Shown here: piece after piece, positions 11,185 to 23,762 of the stretch
Numbering within the stretch: the first letter of the stretch is position 1
Layout of the letters: the number at the start of each line of letters is the position of its first letter
From: Amoeboaphelidium protococcarum X5
Lineage: Eukaryota > Fungi > Aphelidiomycota
Direction of reading: 5' to 3'
NCBI GenBank assembly: GCA_023515725.1
Contig: JALDTO010000208.1
Coordinates: 186,001-250,000, forward strand
DNA length: 64,000 bases
Notes under the pieces: model-generated
Told to the model about the DNA's origin: nothing
The model's database searches: none
The model's input: only the letters and a program-made list of their open reading frames with translations
Position numbers and translations under genes: made by a program

Positions 11185-13170
11185 TCAACGCAAAAAATGG
11201 TCATATACTTCGTTCTGAGTCTCTTCAGTATATGGGTAGTTAAGCTCAGCTAAAAATTTGACCAACAATCCTTAATCTTCATCCCAGTTGGGTACATTAA
11301 GACCGACCAGAACGCGAGCCTAGTCTCCTCCTGTATTTCTATAATGGACCAGTGTTAGATTCCAGCTAGTGTAATTGTTGGTCTTGACCTTATTCATAGT
11401 GTCAAAGAATGTCTTCAGGGCACCCTGTCTCTCTGGAAAGAAGAATCTATACAACTTTTCGCGTGATAAGCGAGCTCTGCCACCCACCAGAAATCTTAAA
11501 TGAGACTTTGCCATGTCGTTATCTGTGATATTAATTGCGGCCATATTCTCTTGATTATTAATTGTGCTCACCACCTGATGCAACTCGGATTAAGAATTTG
11601 ATTTAAGCAGCTCAAATGCAATGTAAATGTGAGCCTCTTTTTCATCTGAGAAGCGATACGACAGCTCAGTGACAGACCGTGGGTAGATGAGCTCATACAG
11701 CTTCATAAACGATCCCGGACGCTCTTCAACTTTGACACTCAGCAAGCACTCTTTACCTTCACCAATACGCGATCTCTCACACACAAATCTGAGGCGATCA
11801 AAGTTCATGTTGGCTCCACTAGTGGCCGCTACAAAGACACCATTTTTGATACCGCTGCCACGCTCAGCCAGAAATTTTTTCACACCAGCGACAGATAGTG
11901 CCCCAGATGGTTCAAGGATGGACCTCGTGTCATCAAAGACATCTTTAATCGCAGCACAGATCTCATCAGTAGATACTAGAATCATATCATCAACCAAGTT
12001 GTGACAAATGCGGAACGTCTCCTGGCCGACTTATCTGACAGCAGTACCATCACTAAACAGTCCAACCTTATCCATAACTGTGAGTTTACCATTGATAAGA
12101 CTCTGTGTCAGGCCAGCGCTATCCACCGTGTTCACTCCTATGATTCTCACATCAGGCTAAACACGCTTAACATATGCAGCTATTCCAGCCAATAGACCAC
12201 CACCTCCGACAGGTACAAAGATTGCATCAATCTTCTCTTTTCTGATCTATCTGAGAATCTCCATACCACAAGTTCCCTGACCTGCAATGACGTATGGGTC
12301 GTCAAATGGAGGAATAAACACGTACCCATTCTCTTATGCCAATCGCAGACACTCCTTCTTGGCCTCTTCAAGATCGGAGCCGGAGAGTACTACTGTTGCA
12401 CCGAGTCTCCTCACGCTAGTAACCTTTATTTCAGATGCGCTAGTTGGCATAACAATCGTAGCCTTGATCTTCAAGTGTCTGGCCGCTAAAGCGACACCTT
12501 GAGCATGATTACCGGCACTCATGCATATGACTCCTCTCCTTTTCTCAGCCTTGCTCAGCAAAGAGATACGATTATATGCACCACGAACTTTAAATGAGAA
12601 ACAGCCTGGTTGCATATCTTCGCGCTTGAGAAAAATCTTATTACCTCGTCCAACTTTGGCAGATAAATTTCTAGCGAATGTACACGGAGTCTCAGCGGCC
12701 AAATCGTAAATCCTAGTGGAAGCCTGCAATATCAACTGCAGATAATCAATCTCGGGGTAATCTTCTGGACTTAATGGTGCTTATTATTGAATATTCTGCG
12801 CTTATGTCTAGAATGTTGGAGCTACCGATGTGCCAATTTACAATTTTCCAACGCCAGATATAGTAGTCGCCAACGTGATGAAACTCTTGGTTCTACGCAA
12901 ACCTGCACCTTGAGGTATTATCGGTTAAGGCCATTCAATTTCAGATTCATTAAGCTCATCTTCTTCGGCATCGCGGACGTTTTGCTCTTCTACTATACTT
13001 GGGAAAGGCAACAGCATTATTGATCCATTTGGCTATACGATAGGATCAAGAGATGATGATGCATTCGAAGTTTTTCGCTCATGACCACTATTACTCTCCA
13101 CAGATTTATGAGTAACAGAGCCATCCTTCTGCTGATCCTAATTGGACATATGGCTTTTCAACAAATTCAT
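11185..13170 (-). CDS. ILV1: Biosynthetic threonine ammonia-lyase (threonine deaminase) with C-terminal ACT domains
   Basis: [78 protein letters not shown]; single frame; start 13170 or 13149. Confidence 0.96.
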
Positions 13171-13587
13171 ACCAGGCTGATTAAGAATATGGTAAATATT
13201 AGTGTAAATCAATCAATCAACTTGAAACAATGCGGTATAAATCATCCAGAGTAAACGGTAAAATTCCGTAACATAGCAACAGTGATAGATTTCTAATACC
13301 GTTTTAACTAGCATAGAACCGGTTCATACAATAGATTAGAATGCTAATTGATATTATATGCTAGCAAATGATGACACAAATTTTAGATGCTATTTCAACA
13401 TGTTGTCCATCGATGAATAGTTCAACGTTCGCGAGAGATGTCGAAAGCCACAGAAGTCGCGTTCGACCACGAGCCTGGCTTGAGAACGGGCATTGATCAC
13501 CACCCGGTCTCTTTAATTTCTCTGACGCATTTTAATAATTTTTACCCCTCTTACGCAGAACTGAAGAGCCATTTAACTGCCGCATTT

Positions 13588-14571
13588 ATGGATTTTACAT
13601 TCATTAATAACACGGCTGAATCGGTACAGCAGACGTTCGCTGACAAGGCGCCTGCACCAAGTAAACCGCGTAAGTAGATGACTGAGGACTAGTAGTTGCA
13701 ACTAGAACATCACTTCACTAAGAATCCTTAAGCGAGTGAAGCTGCATTGAAACAAATAGCAAAAGAGGTCAATATGTCAGTTCGTAGCGTCAAGTCATGG
13801 TGGCGATAGAAGGAAATTTCGTAAGGCACCTCAAGAGCAAGATCAGTCTCTAACCCGCAGTAGCCAGCAGTAGTCTCCTCTGGACAGGCGAAAAACGGCC
13901 GTAAATCTTCTAGTGGCGGAGAACATAGACCGAGATAAAATCTGTTTAGAAAGGACGATAGTTTTGGCAAGTCTACAAAGACTAACATGTTTATATTCAA
14001 TCCGGATGCCATCTATGACACGAGCGTGTCTAAAGTAAAGTAAGAGAAGAAAGAAGCTGCTGCTTTAGGTAATATGAGTCGTCCATGCACTCCGGAGCCA
14101 GAGTTCGTAATGCCCGGTAAATTTTTGCCGCATAAAAACAAACCATCTAAAAGTACACGGCCCGCTGCTGGTATCAAGAGAAGATTTACCGTGTCTAGTG
14201 GTGCCGTTCCTCCTTCACCAGCTGCCAAGTGGGATTTCAAGGTGAACATGAATGACAATCGTGTTCATAGTGATAGTAAAACTGTAATCAAGCGAAGACA
14301 CTCCATATCTGAGCAGTAACCAACATACAACTCTGCATTTAATCTATTGCCTGATTAAAACTCGATGTTACTGATGAATTTCCAAGATCCATTTAGCGAT
14401 TATGCTGGGTAATAATAAATCTTAGAGAATGTCTAATTGTAGTATGATCAGTAATGGTGTTACAACTCCAAGGTGCCTGATGTTAATCTCAATCCGATTG
14501 TCGAGGAGGATTTGTCCCCAATGTTGAAAAGTCTCAAGTTTGATCCGATGGACTATCTTAACCTCAATTGA
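13588..14571 (+). CDS. Divergent homeodomain protein (327 aa)
   Basis: KPRKQMTEDQQLQLEHHFTKNPQASEAALKQIAKEVNMSVRSVKSWWRQKE near the N-terminus, followed by a disordered tail; ends TGA 14569-14571. Confidence 0.75.
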
Positions 14572-14857
14572 TCACGAAAGTAGTGTCACTCAACTTTAAT
14601 ATGGTGTTTAAAGAGGTGATGAATGATACATTTTACTACGATTGATCTTTACAATTGGCGTTACTTGAATGAAATATTATTTCTGTATTATAATTATTCA
14701 CATTCTAGCTTGTATTTTTATCTGATCTCTGATGTCCGGATCAATTGGCCGCAGGTGTGACAATCATTGGAATACTTTCTGGTGACGCGCAAATTCGAAA
14801 CTAATACTGGAATAACATGCAAGTATAAGTGTATCCAACAAAACAATTTATCACGTC

Positions 14858-15143
14858 TCACCAAGTAGATTTAACTTCAACCCCATCACTTAATTTAAAC
14901 ACATTCTCTTCCAGCCGACCTTCAAAGCGTTCCTTCAGACGATCAACAGAGCTCGGATCAATCAGCAAATGACACTCATCCAGATCCTCAATGATAAACG
15001 TGAATTCCTCCTCATTAATGAGAACAAGTAGCTGTTTTATCGCTGGATCGCTACATGATATCTTGATCAATAAATCATTTAAATGCAAGAGAATTCGCAT
15101 AATTTTACCATTCTAATAAGGTCCCTTTTATTGCTTTGACCAT
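14858..15143 (-). CDS. TFB5: TFIIH subunit Tfb5/GTF2H5 (75 aa; intron 15051-15108)
   Basis: MVKAIKGTLLEC|DPAIKQLLVLIN...FIIEDLDECHLLI after removing a 58 nt GT-AG intron. Confidence 0.93.
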
Positions 15144-15238
15144 GGTGATACGGTGAAATTCTAATAGAACAATGGAAGTGAGAACGCGACGCGCTTTATT
15201 CAAGTTGACAAAAATATCTATTCACGTTCGGTGGGAAT

Positions 15239-16255
15239 ATGGCTATTGATAGAATCAAAAATTAAAATAGAGATTTACTGCGCAAACTAAAGTCGCTAAA
15301 CCTGAGAGCTTTCTAATATCCGAAAGGAATTCTATGGGCTAGTAATGCTGAAGTATTGCCTGATGGGGTATACTATCATCCGCAGTTTTTGACGTGTGAA
15401 TAAGAGCGTTAAATCTTATCTCAAATTGATCAAAAACCTTGGGCTAATGCTATAGCGCGTCGCCAGTAGTTCTGGGGTGAAGTATATTATCACACTACTC
15501 ATGATTTGCCTAGCATATAACCTGTATTATCTGATAGCGAGTAAGCTGCGTAAAGTGTCGATGCAGATTAACACAACGCGAGAGAGAATGACAATGGCAA
15601 AGAAGGTGGAATATTTGATGTTTTGCCGCTGGAAGATTTCTCATGGTTGTTATAGTTGTTCGATGATGAGCAATTCTTAGACTTGGTGAAAGAGACTGAT
15701 GCTGGTCAATATACATATCATGATGCTCATAGAATATATACAGCGACTCCACCGGGCGTATTTACTGCTCTTAAAGACAATCCAAATGGTACAGGTGTAA
15801 CGGGAGAAGTGGAATAAGTCACGTAAATTCTTGTGAATGAGTATACTAATTAGATTGGCATATCATCTCACATTGATGATCCTGACGCGTTTGGTAAAGT
15901 GTTAGTGATGGTATCTCTGTAATATCCAGTGTACATGCGATTAAGGGAGACTGCAACCAGGCGAGAGTGTAATATACTGCTTGAGCCACGATCACTGCTG
16001 ATACTGAAAGGCTGTGCACGGTATGAATGGGAACATGGTATATCACATCAGAAGTGGATTTTTACGCCGCGAACCGGAGTCACATCAGTCAACTGTTTAG
16101 AAGACGTACATCTGACTTGTAGGGATGAACACTATCGAAGGATATCTCTGACTATACGGCATCTACTGCCTGGTAGGAAATAATGCGAGGTGGAGAATAA
16201 AGAAATTGAAAAGAGGCCACCGCCCCAACTTTCAAAGAATCATCAAGGACGTTGA
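15239..16255 (+). CDS. AlkB-family 2OG-Fe(II) dioxygenase (338 aa)
   Basis: RRQQFWG, QILVNEY...GISSHIDD (HxD), LEPRSLLILKGCARYEWEHGI, RRISLTIR. Confidence 0.9.
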
Positions 16256-16362
16256 TCATACGCATGATTTATACAAAGTAATTAATGGTAATGATGTAAG
16301 TAAAGCGGGTATTAGAGTAGGTACAGTACAAAATTATTTTATATGAATTTCAGATTAAATTA

Positions 16363-17955
16363 TCATTTCGAGTAAGAATCATCTCCATCATCAGCTTCTA
16401 TCACAACCTTTCTCTGTCGCCTCACTTCATTCACACCAGATAATCCGTTGTGATGGTTGATTGATTAACTATTATAGGTGTAGTTACCATTAGTAAGCTC
16501 TTCATTACGCCCATTGGCAGCAGCATTTCTGTACGAATTAACACTGTTGCGGTGATATCCAGATCTAGCATTAACATCTAGCGATTCAAAATGGTTCATT
16601 CTCTCAGCTCCACCACCTCTGGGAACAACCTCGTTGTGCTCTTTAAACATTAGCCTCTTTCGCATAGATTTAGGCAGCCACCATGTAGTCAAATATAGCG
16701 CCATATGAAGTGGAAGAGTAATGACAGTGCCCACAGTAGGAATGGAATCCAATATCCAATAGAAAGTACTGAGTAGTGGACGATCTCTTTGCTTACGATG
16801 AACATCCAATGCGCGAAGCTATTCACTAATCTACTTTTCCAACTACTGGAATCTATCTTCGTATTGCAGAAAATAACGCTACTCCTTCTTGGCCGTTCTC
16901 TTTAAATCTTTGTTCAGTCCGCGTAGATGAGGCTCAACCTGACTTTCCAGAACGTTACGAATCTTTCTATCCGCATCATCTCTCTGCTCACTCAGATGAC
17001 TAGTCAGAGAGGCCATGCGCAGTTCCAGATCAGTAACCTTTTTCTTCAGCATATCAACATCAGTGTTAGGATAATGTACTTCATACTACAGGCTGGATGC
17101 GTGTTGTTTCAACAAACGTGATAGATGGATAAGTGGACGTATGTAAGCCGTAAGAACGTACAAGGCCATAGGGAAATCATTGATAAGGTGACGATAAACG
17201 TGCAAGTGTGGCCTGATGTAACGTAAAAATACAGCACCGGCGAATGGACAAGCAAACACCAGACCAAAATAGAACCATTCCAAAAACCATAATCTCCAGA
17301 CGGCAGCCTGTCTCTCCTTCTCTGCAGGGTGTTGAGGAGAGGTGATACCAGCTGTATAACTCTGTGCCACTCGGCTAATCTGTCTATAATTTACTTTGGC
17401 ACTAACATACAACTCCCAAGGTACTACATATATAACAGCAAGGTTAATCAATTGTTTATATTCAATTCAAGTGAGTATAAACTTACATTTAATGAGACCA
17501 TAGAGGTAGAATGCAATTATCAGCAACATGAATCCCTCACTCCATTCCTCAATCTTGCCACCATAATAGATGGTCAACAGCGGCGGTAGAACGGCAAAGA
17601 ACACTGGCCACTGATAATAGTCAGCCACAATCTTACTTGCCACCTGGCTCGGTGAGGCATGTTCCATTTCAGCAGCGAGCGGATACGCAGAGAACAGTCT
17701 CGATGGACTATCACTGCGACCAGTTCCTAGTTGTTGACTATAATTGTGATGATGAGGATGATGGTGGTGAGAATGTGCCAAGGGTGAATATGAAGAGGCA
17801 GCGGCCTGACCAGATGCTGTTTTAGTCGCCTCGAGAGGGGAAACAAATTTAGAAGGGGAGCCAGGCAGATTTGAGGTGACAGCACTTCTTCCACTGGTAT
17901 TAAGGGCAGCAGGCGAAGAATTAGGAGCAGCAGAGTTTTGAGTTGATGTTGGCAT
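16363..17955 (-). CDS. Conserved fungal-type multi-pass membrane protein with coiled-coil (intron 17424-17486)
   Basis: FFAVLPPLL...FMLLIIAFYLYGLIK|LPWELY...LVFACPFAGAVFLRYIR...LYVLTAYIRP resembles an uncharacterised fungal family; spliced frame ends TGA 16363-16365. Confidence 0.75.
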
Positions 17956-18663
17956 TTTGTTGTTTTGATTATTATTGTTATTAGTAGTAGTATTATTACC
18001 AGCTTCGTTTTATCTGTTGTTCCCAGCACTACTTGTCTATGAAGAATGATGACTCAGTGTCATCTTATTACGACAGTTGTCGGAACTGAATGAATGAATG
18101 AACGTAATTGAGTGGGCGGGTGAGTGAGTAAGTGACAGGGAAAACAACTGTTCTCAAACTCTGCGCGCGCGAACCAACGAACGATCGGATGATGATTGCG
18201 TTTGAGATGGGCGAGGATCTGAGTCAATGCTTGCACATCTACTGTACACCTGAGTAAAGTTAGGCGACGGAAAGAGTGAATTGTATGACTCTTCTCAGTT
18301 CTTCTCAGTGTAGGCATTCTAGTGCTAAGATCTGAAACGCTCTGTATTCGAGATGAGGGAAAATGTTCTGGGAGTTTGGTGAAACAAAGTACGCGTAATA
18401 GTCCTTCGGCTTTGGCATCTTGATGCTAATATGAAAAGATTTAGAATGTATTGTACCTTGTTACGGAACACTGCTACTTTATGCTATAGGTTGATATGAT
18501 CTTCGTATCTGTGTGATTTGCATTTCTTATCTTCTCCGATTATTAAATGTTGTTAAAATTATTAAGTACTGATACTCAGGACCGTTTCCAGTGTTAATTC
18601 TTTCAAACTATACAGTCACACGCGTCAATTTTAACTATTCGCCAATTCACACCAACAGAAATT

Positions 18664-19240
18664 ATGAATAAATTCTTACAACTTTAGTCAAGAGTAAGAT
18701 TAACTCTAAATTGAAGTTGCATATAGTCCCGTGTATTAATACTTTTGTGTAGGCACTCTCCGCTTCTACCAGCAAGCGTTATGGTTTTGGCTATGTGAAC
18801 AAAGCAGTACTGGTTGGCAATGTTGGCAGTTAGCCAGATGTTCGCCAAATTAGCGAAGAACGTCAGATTGTCAGCTTCCCTCTGGCAACATCCGAGTCTT
18901 ACAAGAACAGCCAGACTGGTGAGATGGACAAGAAGACGCAATGGCACCGTGTACAAATCATGGCACCATACACTGCTGAGTTTGTGACAAAGAATGTCAC
19001 TTCTGGGTAAGATTGAACTTTTGGTGCTTACCTTTCACATGTCAGTGCATATTATTATTATTATTATTTTTATGTAGAACGCGCGTGTATGTTGAAGGCA
19101 AGATTAGCTACCGTGAATATGAGAAGGACGGTGTAAAGAAGAGCTTTACGGACATTATTGTGGATCGCTCGGGGAATATTGTGGTGCTGTCTCCTAAATC
19201 TGGAGAGGTCGCAAGTGAAGATGTTAACGAGACTCAGTGA
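18664..19240 (+). CDS. SSBP1: Mitochondrial single-stranded DNA-binding protein (148 aa; introns 18694-18752, 19007-19077)
   Basis: VNKAVLVGNVGSQPDVR...FPLATSESYK...TQWHRV...G|TRVYVEGKISYREY; N-terminal presequence-like segment. Confidence 0.92.
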
Positions 19241-19482
19241 TTTTGCTGATTGAATATCGCACCGGTATATACAGGATTTCTAGTAGTATTATTTATCAGT
19301 GCTATTTTTCGAATGCACTTTGTGAAGTCTATTTTTAAGCCATGCCCTTAAGACGTAACTTAACTACGCGCGTGGTGAAGGGCTCATCATCTTCTATCTC
19401 AGTCTTCTACATCTTGTCTCACGACTTACCTAAACTTAAATAGATTTAAAAAGCGTTCAAATAAATTTAATAGTCTCATAAA

Positions 19483-21009
19483 ATGGAAATCCAAAAGTCT
19501 GTAGTGTGTTCTGATAGCGAAGATTCAATTGTTGTAACTTCGTCTATTGAACCTTTGGCTAAAGATGATGATTGTCAACTTTCTGAAATAACTAAACGGA
19601 GTAGTAATTCAGCCAAGAAAGTGTATTACGATGTGTCCATGCTCGGTCTCTCATTCTGCCTCATATTCACCGGTTATCATGTGGCTTAGTCGTTTGTCAC
19701 AACTTTGTATCGAGATGAAGGATTCGGTGTGCTTTGTGTGATCTACTTGGCATACTGTATCGGTTGCTTGTGTGCACCTGCTATTCATTAAATGATGGAG
19801 CGTATAGCTGGACCTGGTAGGTAGGAGCGATTGTGTATGAGTGCCGCGTCCTTGGGCTACGTTGCGTTTGTGTTCTCACTGATTAGTGGAAGCACTGCTC
19901 TGATTTACGTATCTGGTTTTGTTAAAGGCATCAGCAGTGGCATTCTCTGGGTGAGTTAGGGAGTTTACATTAACAAGATCTTGTCCACGGAGACTGATTC
20001 ATCTAGTGTCAAATCTACCAAGATAGTCGGTCTTGCTGTTGGACTCTTTTTCATGGTTTACAATATCAATGGTGTTATTGGAAATGGCATCACCATAGCT
20101 CTGCTTCAAATGGGCACATCTGTGTAAATGACTCTGCTTGCTATGGGTGTGGTTTCTTCTGTTGGTGCCTTGATGACCTTGCTTGTCTCAGATTCTCCTG
20201 TGGTGGTGTAGAAAGCTGGAAAGCAAGTAATAGATTCTACAAACACTCTGTCATCAATTCTATCGGCAGAGAAATAGTCCAACAGGCTGTCTATTTTTGG
20301 AGAATTCAAAAGCGTGTGTAGCATTTTAAAGAATCGCAAAGTGTAGTTTCTGATGCCTTATTTTATCCTACAAGGTATAAGTTTGGCATACACGTATGGA
20401 AACTATCCGGCGTTCATTAGTCAATTGACTTCATCCGGCGATAACTCTGGCTCAACATTTGACACTAGCCAGGCGACTAATATTGCTTACGGATTCTTAC
20501 TGTACAGCGTTGGTTCAGTTATAGGCTCAATGCTGTGGGGGAAAGTCTATGACTACTTTAAGCAAAGTCTGTACCCTCTGCTGACGTGCCACAGCATTCT
20601 TACTGGGCTCAACTTTTCTGTGATTGTCTACTTGATATTTGCCGAGGATAAAAGTATAATACTGCCTGGATTTGTGGTTGTTGGCTTTGTATTTGGTTTG
20701 TCAGATTTCCTGATCAATGCCATAATCAACAACTCTATTAACAGTCATTTTGATGCGGCAGATATAAACAAGGTGTTCACTTGTTATCGCGTACTTTTCT
20801 CGATTGGGTTTGTCATTGCTTCTGTGGTTGGATCTATTCTACCTAACGTGAATATGCAGAGTGCATCGAATTGGGACAAGTATGGGTGGGTGATCATTGC
20901 CTGCTTGGATATTGGATTCACGGCCATAAGCGTTCTATGCGGTTTCTTTATGGAGTAGCGGTACGGATCACAAATTAGAAGATCCAGCTTACCTGTTGCA
21001 TTTCATTGA
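19483..21009 (+). CDS. UNC-93-like MFS transporter, copy 1 (508 aa)
   Basis: LGLSFCLIFTGYHVAQSF, GILWVSQGVYI, GLFFMVYNINGVIGN; ~12 TM; ends TGA. Confidence 0.85.
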
Positions 21010-21280
21010 AAGTATTAAAACATCAATGTTACGACTTAGTCTAAAGATTAACAATAATAATGTGATCTTTGTAAAACGATAGAAATAGAGATAAAGTTTA
21101 GATCTTTTACAACGTTGTTTGATTTGCTCATTGTTTGATCAGTTTGAATGACAGATGATTTAAAACCATGTTGGAAGGATATTCAAGCCGCAATGTTCTC
21201 TTGAACTTTTATAGTTTTGATATAAAGTTAAGCACTCTGATTTAATACAATTCTATATAAAATCTACTTTAATTTTCATA

Positions 21281-22798
21281 ATGATGAAAGCTAGAGATTC
21301 TGATGCCACTTTGGATTCAGTGATGCTTGGCTCTGAGGAGATCCTCTTGGAGAATCTGCAGAAGAGAAAGGTTGAAACGGCTCAACAAGAGGCTCAAGTG
21401 AAAGCTCAGGTATATAGATAAGTTTCGTATTTAGGTCTCTGCTTTTGTATATTATTTCTTGGATTTAATGTGACAGAGTCGTTTGCAACTTCGATCTATC
21501 CAGCTTCATTTGGCTTTTTGGTTCTGATGTTAGTGTATGCTGGATTCGGTTTATCGTGTCTTTTGGTTCCTCTTGTTATGAGACTGACTGATCAGTATAG
21601 AATAGGCGATAAATGGATCATGTTCATTGCGTCGGTTGCGTATACATTTTACGCATTCTCTATCGCGTCTTCTCTGTAATGGCTGGCTGCATTGGGAGCG
21701 GTGATATGCGGGCTATCGGCTGGTTTCATGTGGACGTCATAAGGACTCTATCTTTTATAGGTTATTAATCAGCTTCCTAATCAATCACCCTTATCATCTG
21801 GATAGTCAATTGGTAGACTTACTGGGCTATTCTTTTCCATTTTTAATGCCAACTGCATTGTTGGAAATCTACTCATCATCGCCCTACTGAAAAGTAATGT
21901 GAGCTTGAATCAAGTTTTATGGATAACAAGTGGACTCTGCGCCTGTGCTTGTATCATGTTCATATTTGTTTAGAAGACAGGTATCAAGCGTTAACCAGAA
22001 TCTATTATTGTTACTGATAATGTCATTAAATAGAACAGAGTTGGTAGTATGCAGAGCATTGTAAAAGAATACGCTGTAGGATTTAGGAAATTTCTACGCG
22101 ATTAGAGGTATCTGCTGCTTATACCGTACATGATGGCTCAGGGCGCTGGTTTGGCTTTCTCATTTGGAACATTGCCTCTGTTCGTAGACTTTCACGTTCA
22201 AACGTATCTAGGTGTGGCTTATGCAAATGCGGCTGCGATAAAGATATGCGTTTGTTTCATTTGTTATGGCTTTGGCTCTGTTATTGGATCGTACGTATGG
22301 GGACTTGTTTATGACAAGTTTAAGCAGTCACTCCTGCCTTTGCTTTCGTCTCAGGTGATACTTACCCTCCTTGCTCACTCACTGCTCATAATATCTACCG
22401 GGATCTTTGCGCCATTGGGTAATTTGTCGCCCAACTTGCATTTCACGTCATTTATCGCAACAAGCGCCTTTATACTGGGTACTACTGATTATTTGATGAA
22501 TTCAGTTATCAACAATCTCATGTCTTCGTTTGCTTAAAAGCGCAATCATATTCTCGCGGGTGGATCTGAAACTTCGCGGCCACAAGTCTATGCATTCTCT
22601 TGGTATCGCTTCTGGTATTGTCTGGGATTTGTATTCACCGCTCTAATATACTCGTATCTCCCCCAGGTAAATGAAGCTCATGGTTTCGAGTCCACACACA
22701 ACACTGACTGGATATATAACAATTTGATCAGTATCATTTTCATGGTAATAAGCGTTGTCTGCGGTCTGAAGATTCAGTTTTTAAATCAATAGATGTGA
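21281..22798 (+). CDS. UNC-93-like MFS transporter, copy 2 (505 aa), tandem paralog
   Basis: LGLCFCILFSGFNVTESF, GFMWTSQGLYL, GLFFSIFNANCIVGN, GSVIGSYVWGLVYDKFKQSLLPLL (parallels copy 1 GSVIGSMLWGKVYDYFKQSLYPLL). Confidence 0.85.
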
Positions 22799-23063
22799 GA
22801 CTTTGTCGTTTAAGTATCTTTTATTTAGCTAGTTTTGTCATTAACTCGCGCATCTTAAGTAATTGTACTATTAAATTAAGGCGACTAACTCAAAATAAAA
22901 CTATTTCTATTGGCCCATGTAGACTACTCGCCTTAGTATTAACACTATAGCCTGTAACGTCTTCGTTGATGATGAACGGTCTCGCGCGCACTTCCTTCTT
23001 GTCTTCGAAAGCTCTTCACTTTCAGTTACATCAAGATATACAGTGTACATTTACATACATATT

Positions 23064-23705
23064 ATGGTAAGTATATTTAACCACTAAATTTAGCGAAATT
23101 ACAATTTTAATCGTTAATAAATATCCCTTCTATATTTAAATGTTTAGGTGACCAAGAATTTACAGCTAGTCCCAAGTACTGTCGCTTCCGAGGTTCAGCC
23201 TCAAGCTCTAACACACAACGACCCTGCGCTGTCTCATGAGGATTGGCAGGTGAGAGATACATTTCGTTATGGAATGGCCACAGCGGATGACCTTGTGATG
23301 GACGGTGGCAAGGACGGCCAGGCGGTGGAGTTGAAATCGTATTTGGAAAAGTATGAGTAGAACAAGAGCACGCTGAGAAGTGAAATGGAGGCTCGAGTCT
23401 TTGGCAGTCACGTCAAGGTGCGGGATGCTCTGCTGGAACGTGAATGGAAGTAAAAGTAGTTGGGATAGACGAGAATGCCTGCACTGGCTCACTCTCTTGC
23501 CGTAGCTAGTCCATGTAGTACCAGTGGTGGACACTTGGGTGGTAGCAATGTTGGTCAAGATATCCTCAATGGCACTTTCGATGATTTCTCCCATGATTTT
23601 GGCTCTGTATTCTCATCCGGTGCTGCTGGTGGTTCATTCGACCAGCTGATTAACGTTCACTCCTCTGCTGAAGTGCATCGCTTAGGATGGAACAGAGCTG
23701 CTTGA
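23064..23705 (+). CDS. UMP1: Proteasome maturation factor UMP1/POMP (coding part of exon 1 is the ATG alone; intron 23067-23147)
   Basis: DTFRYG...EARVFGSHV...RMPAL...SNVGQDILNG..D...NVHSSAEVHRLG matches the UMP1 pattern. Confidence 0.85.
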
Positions 23706-23762
23706 GCTTTTATTTGAGTGTTAAAGTATTGTAAAAATGACAAAGTGTTAGTAGTAATACTA

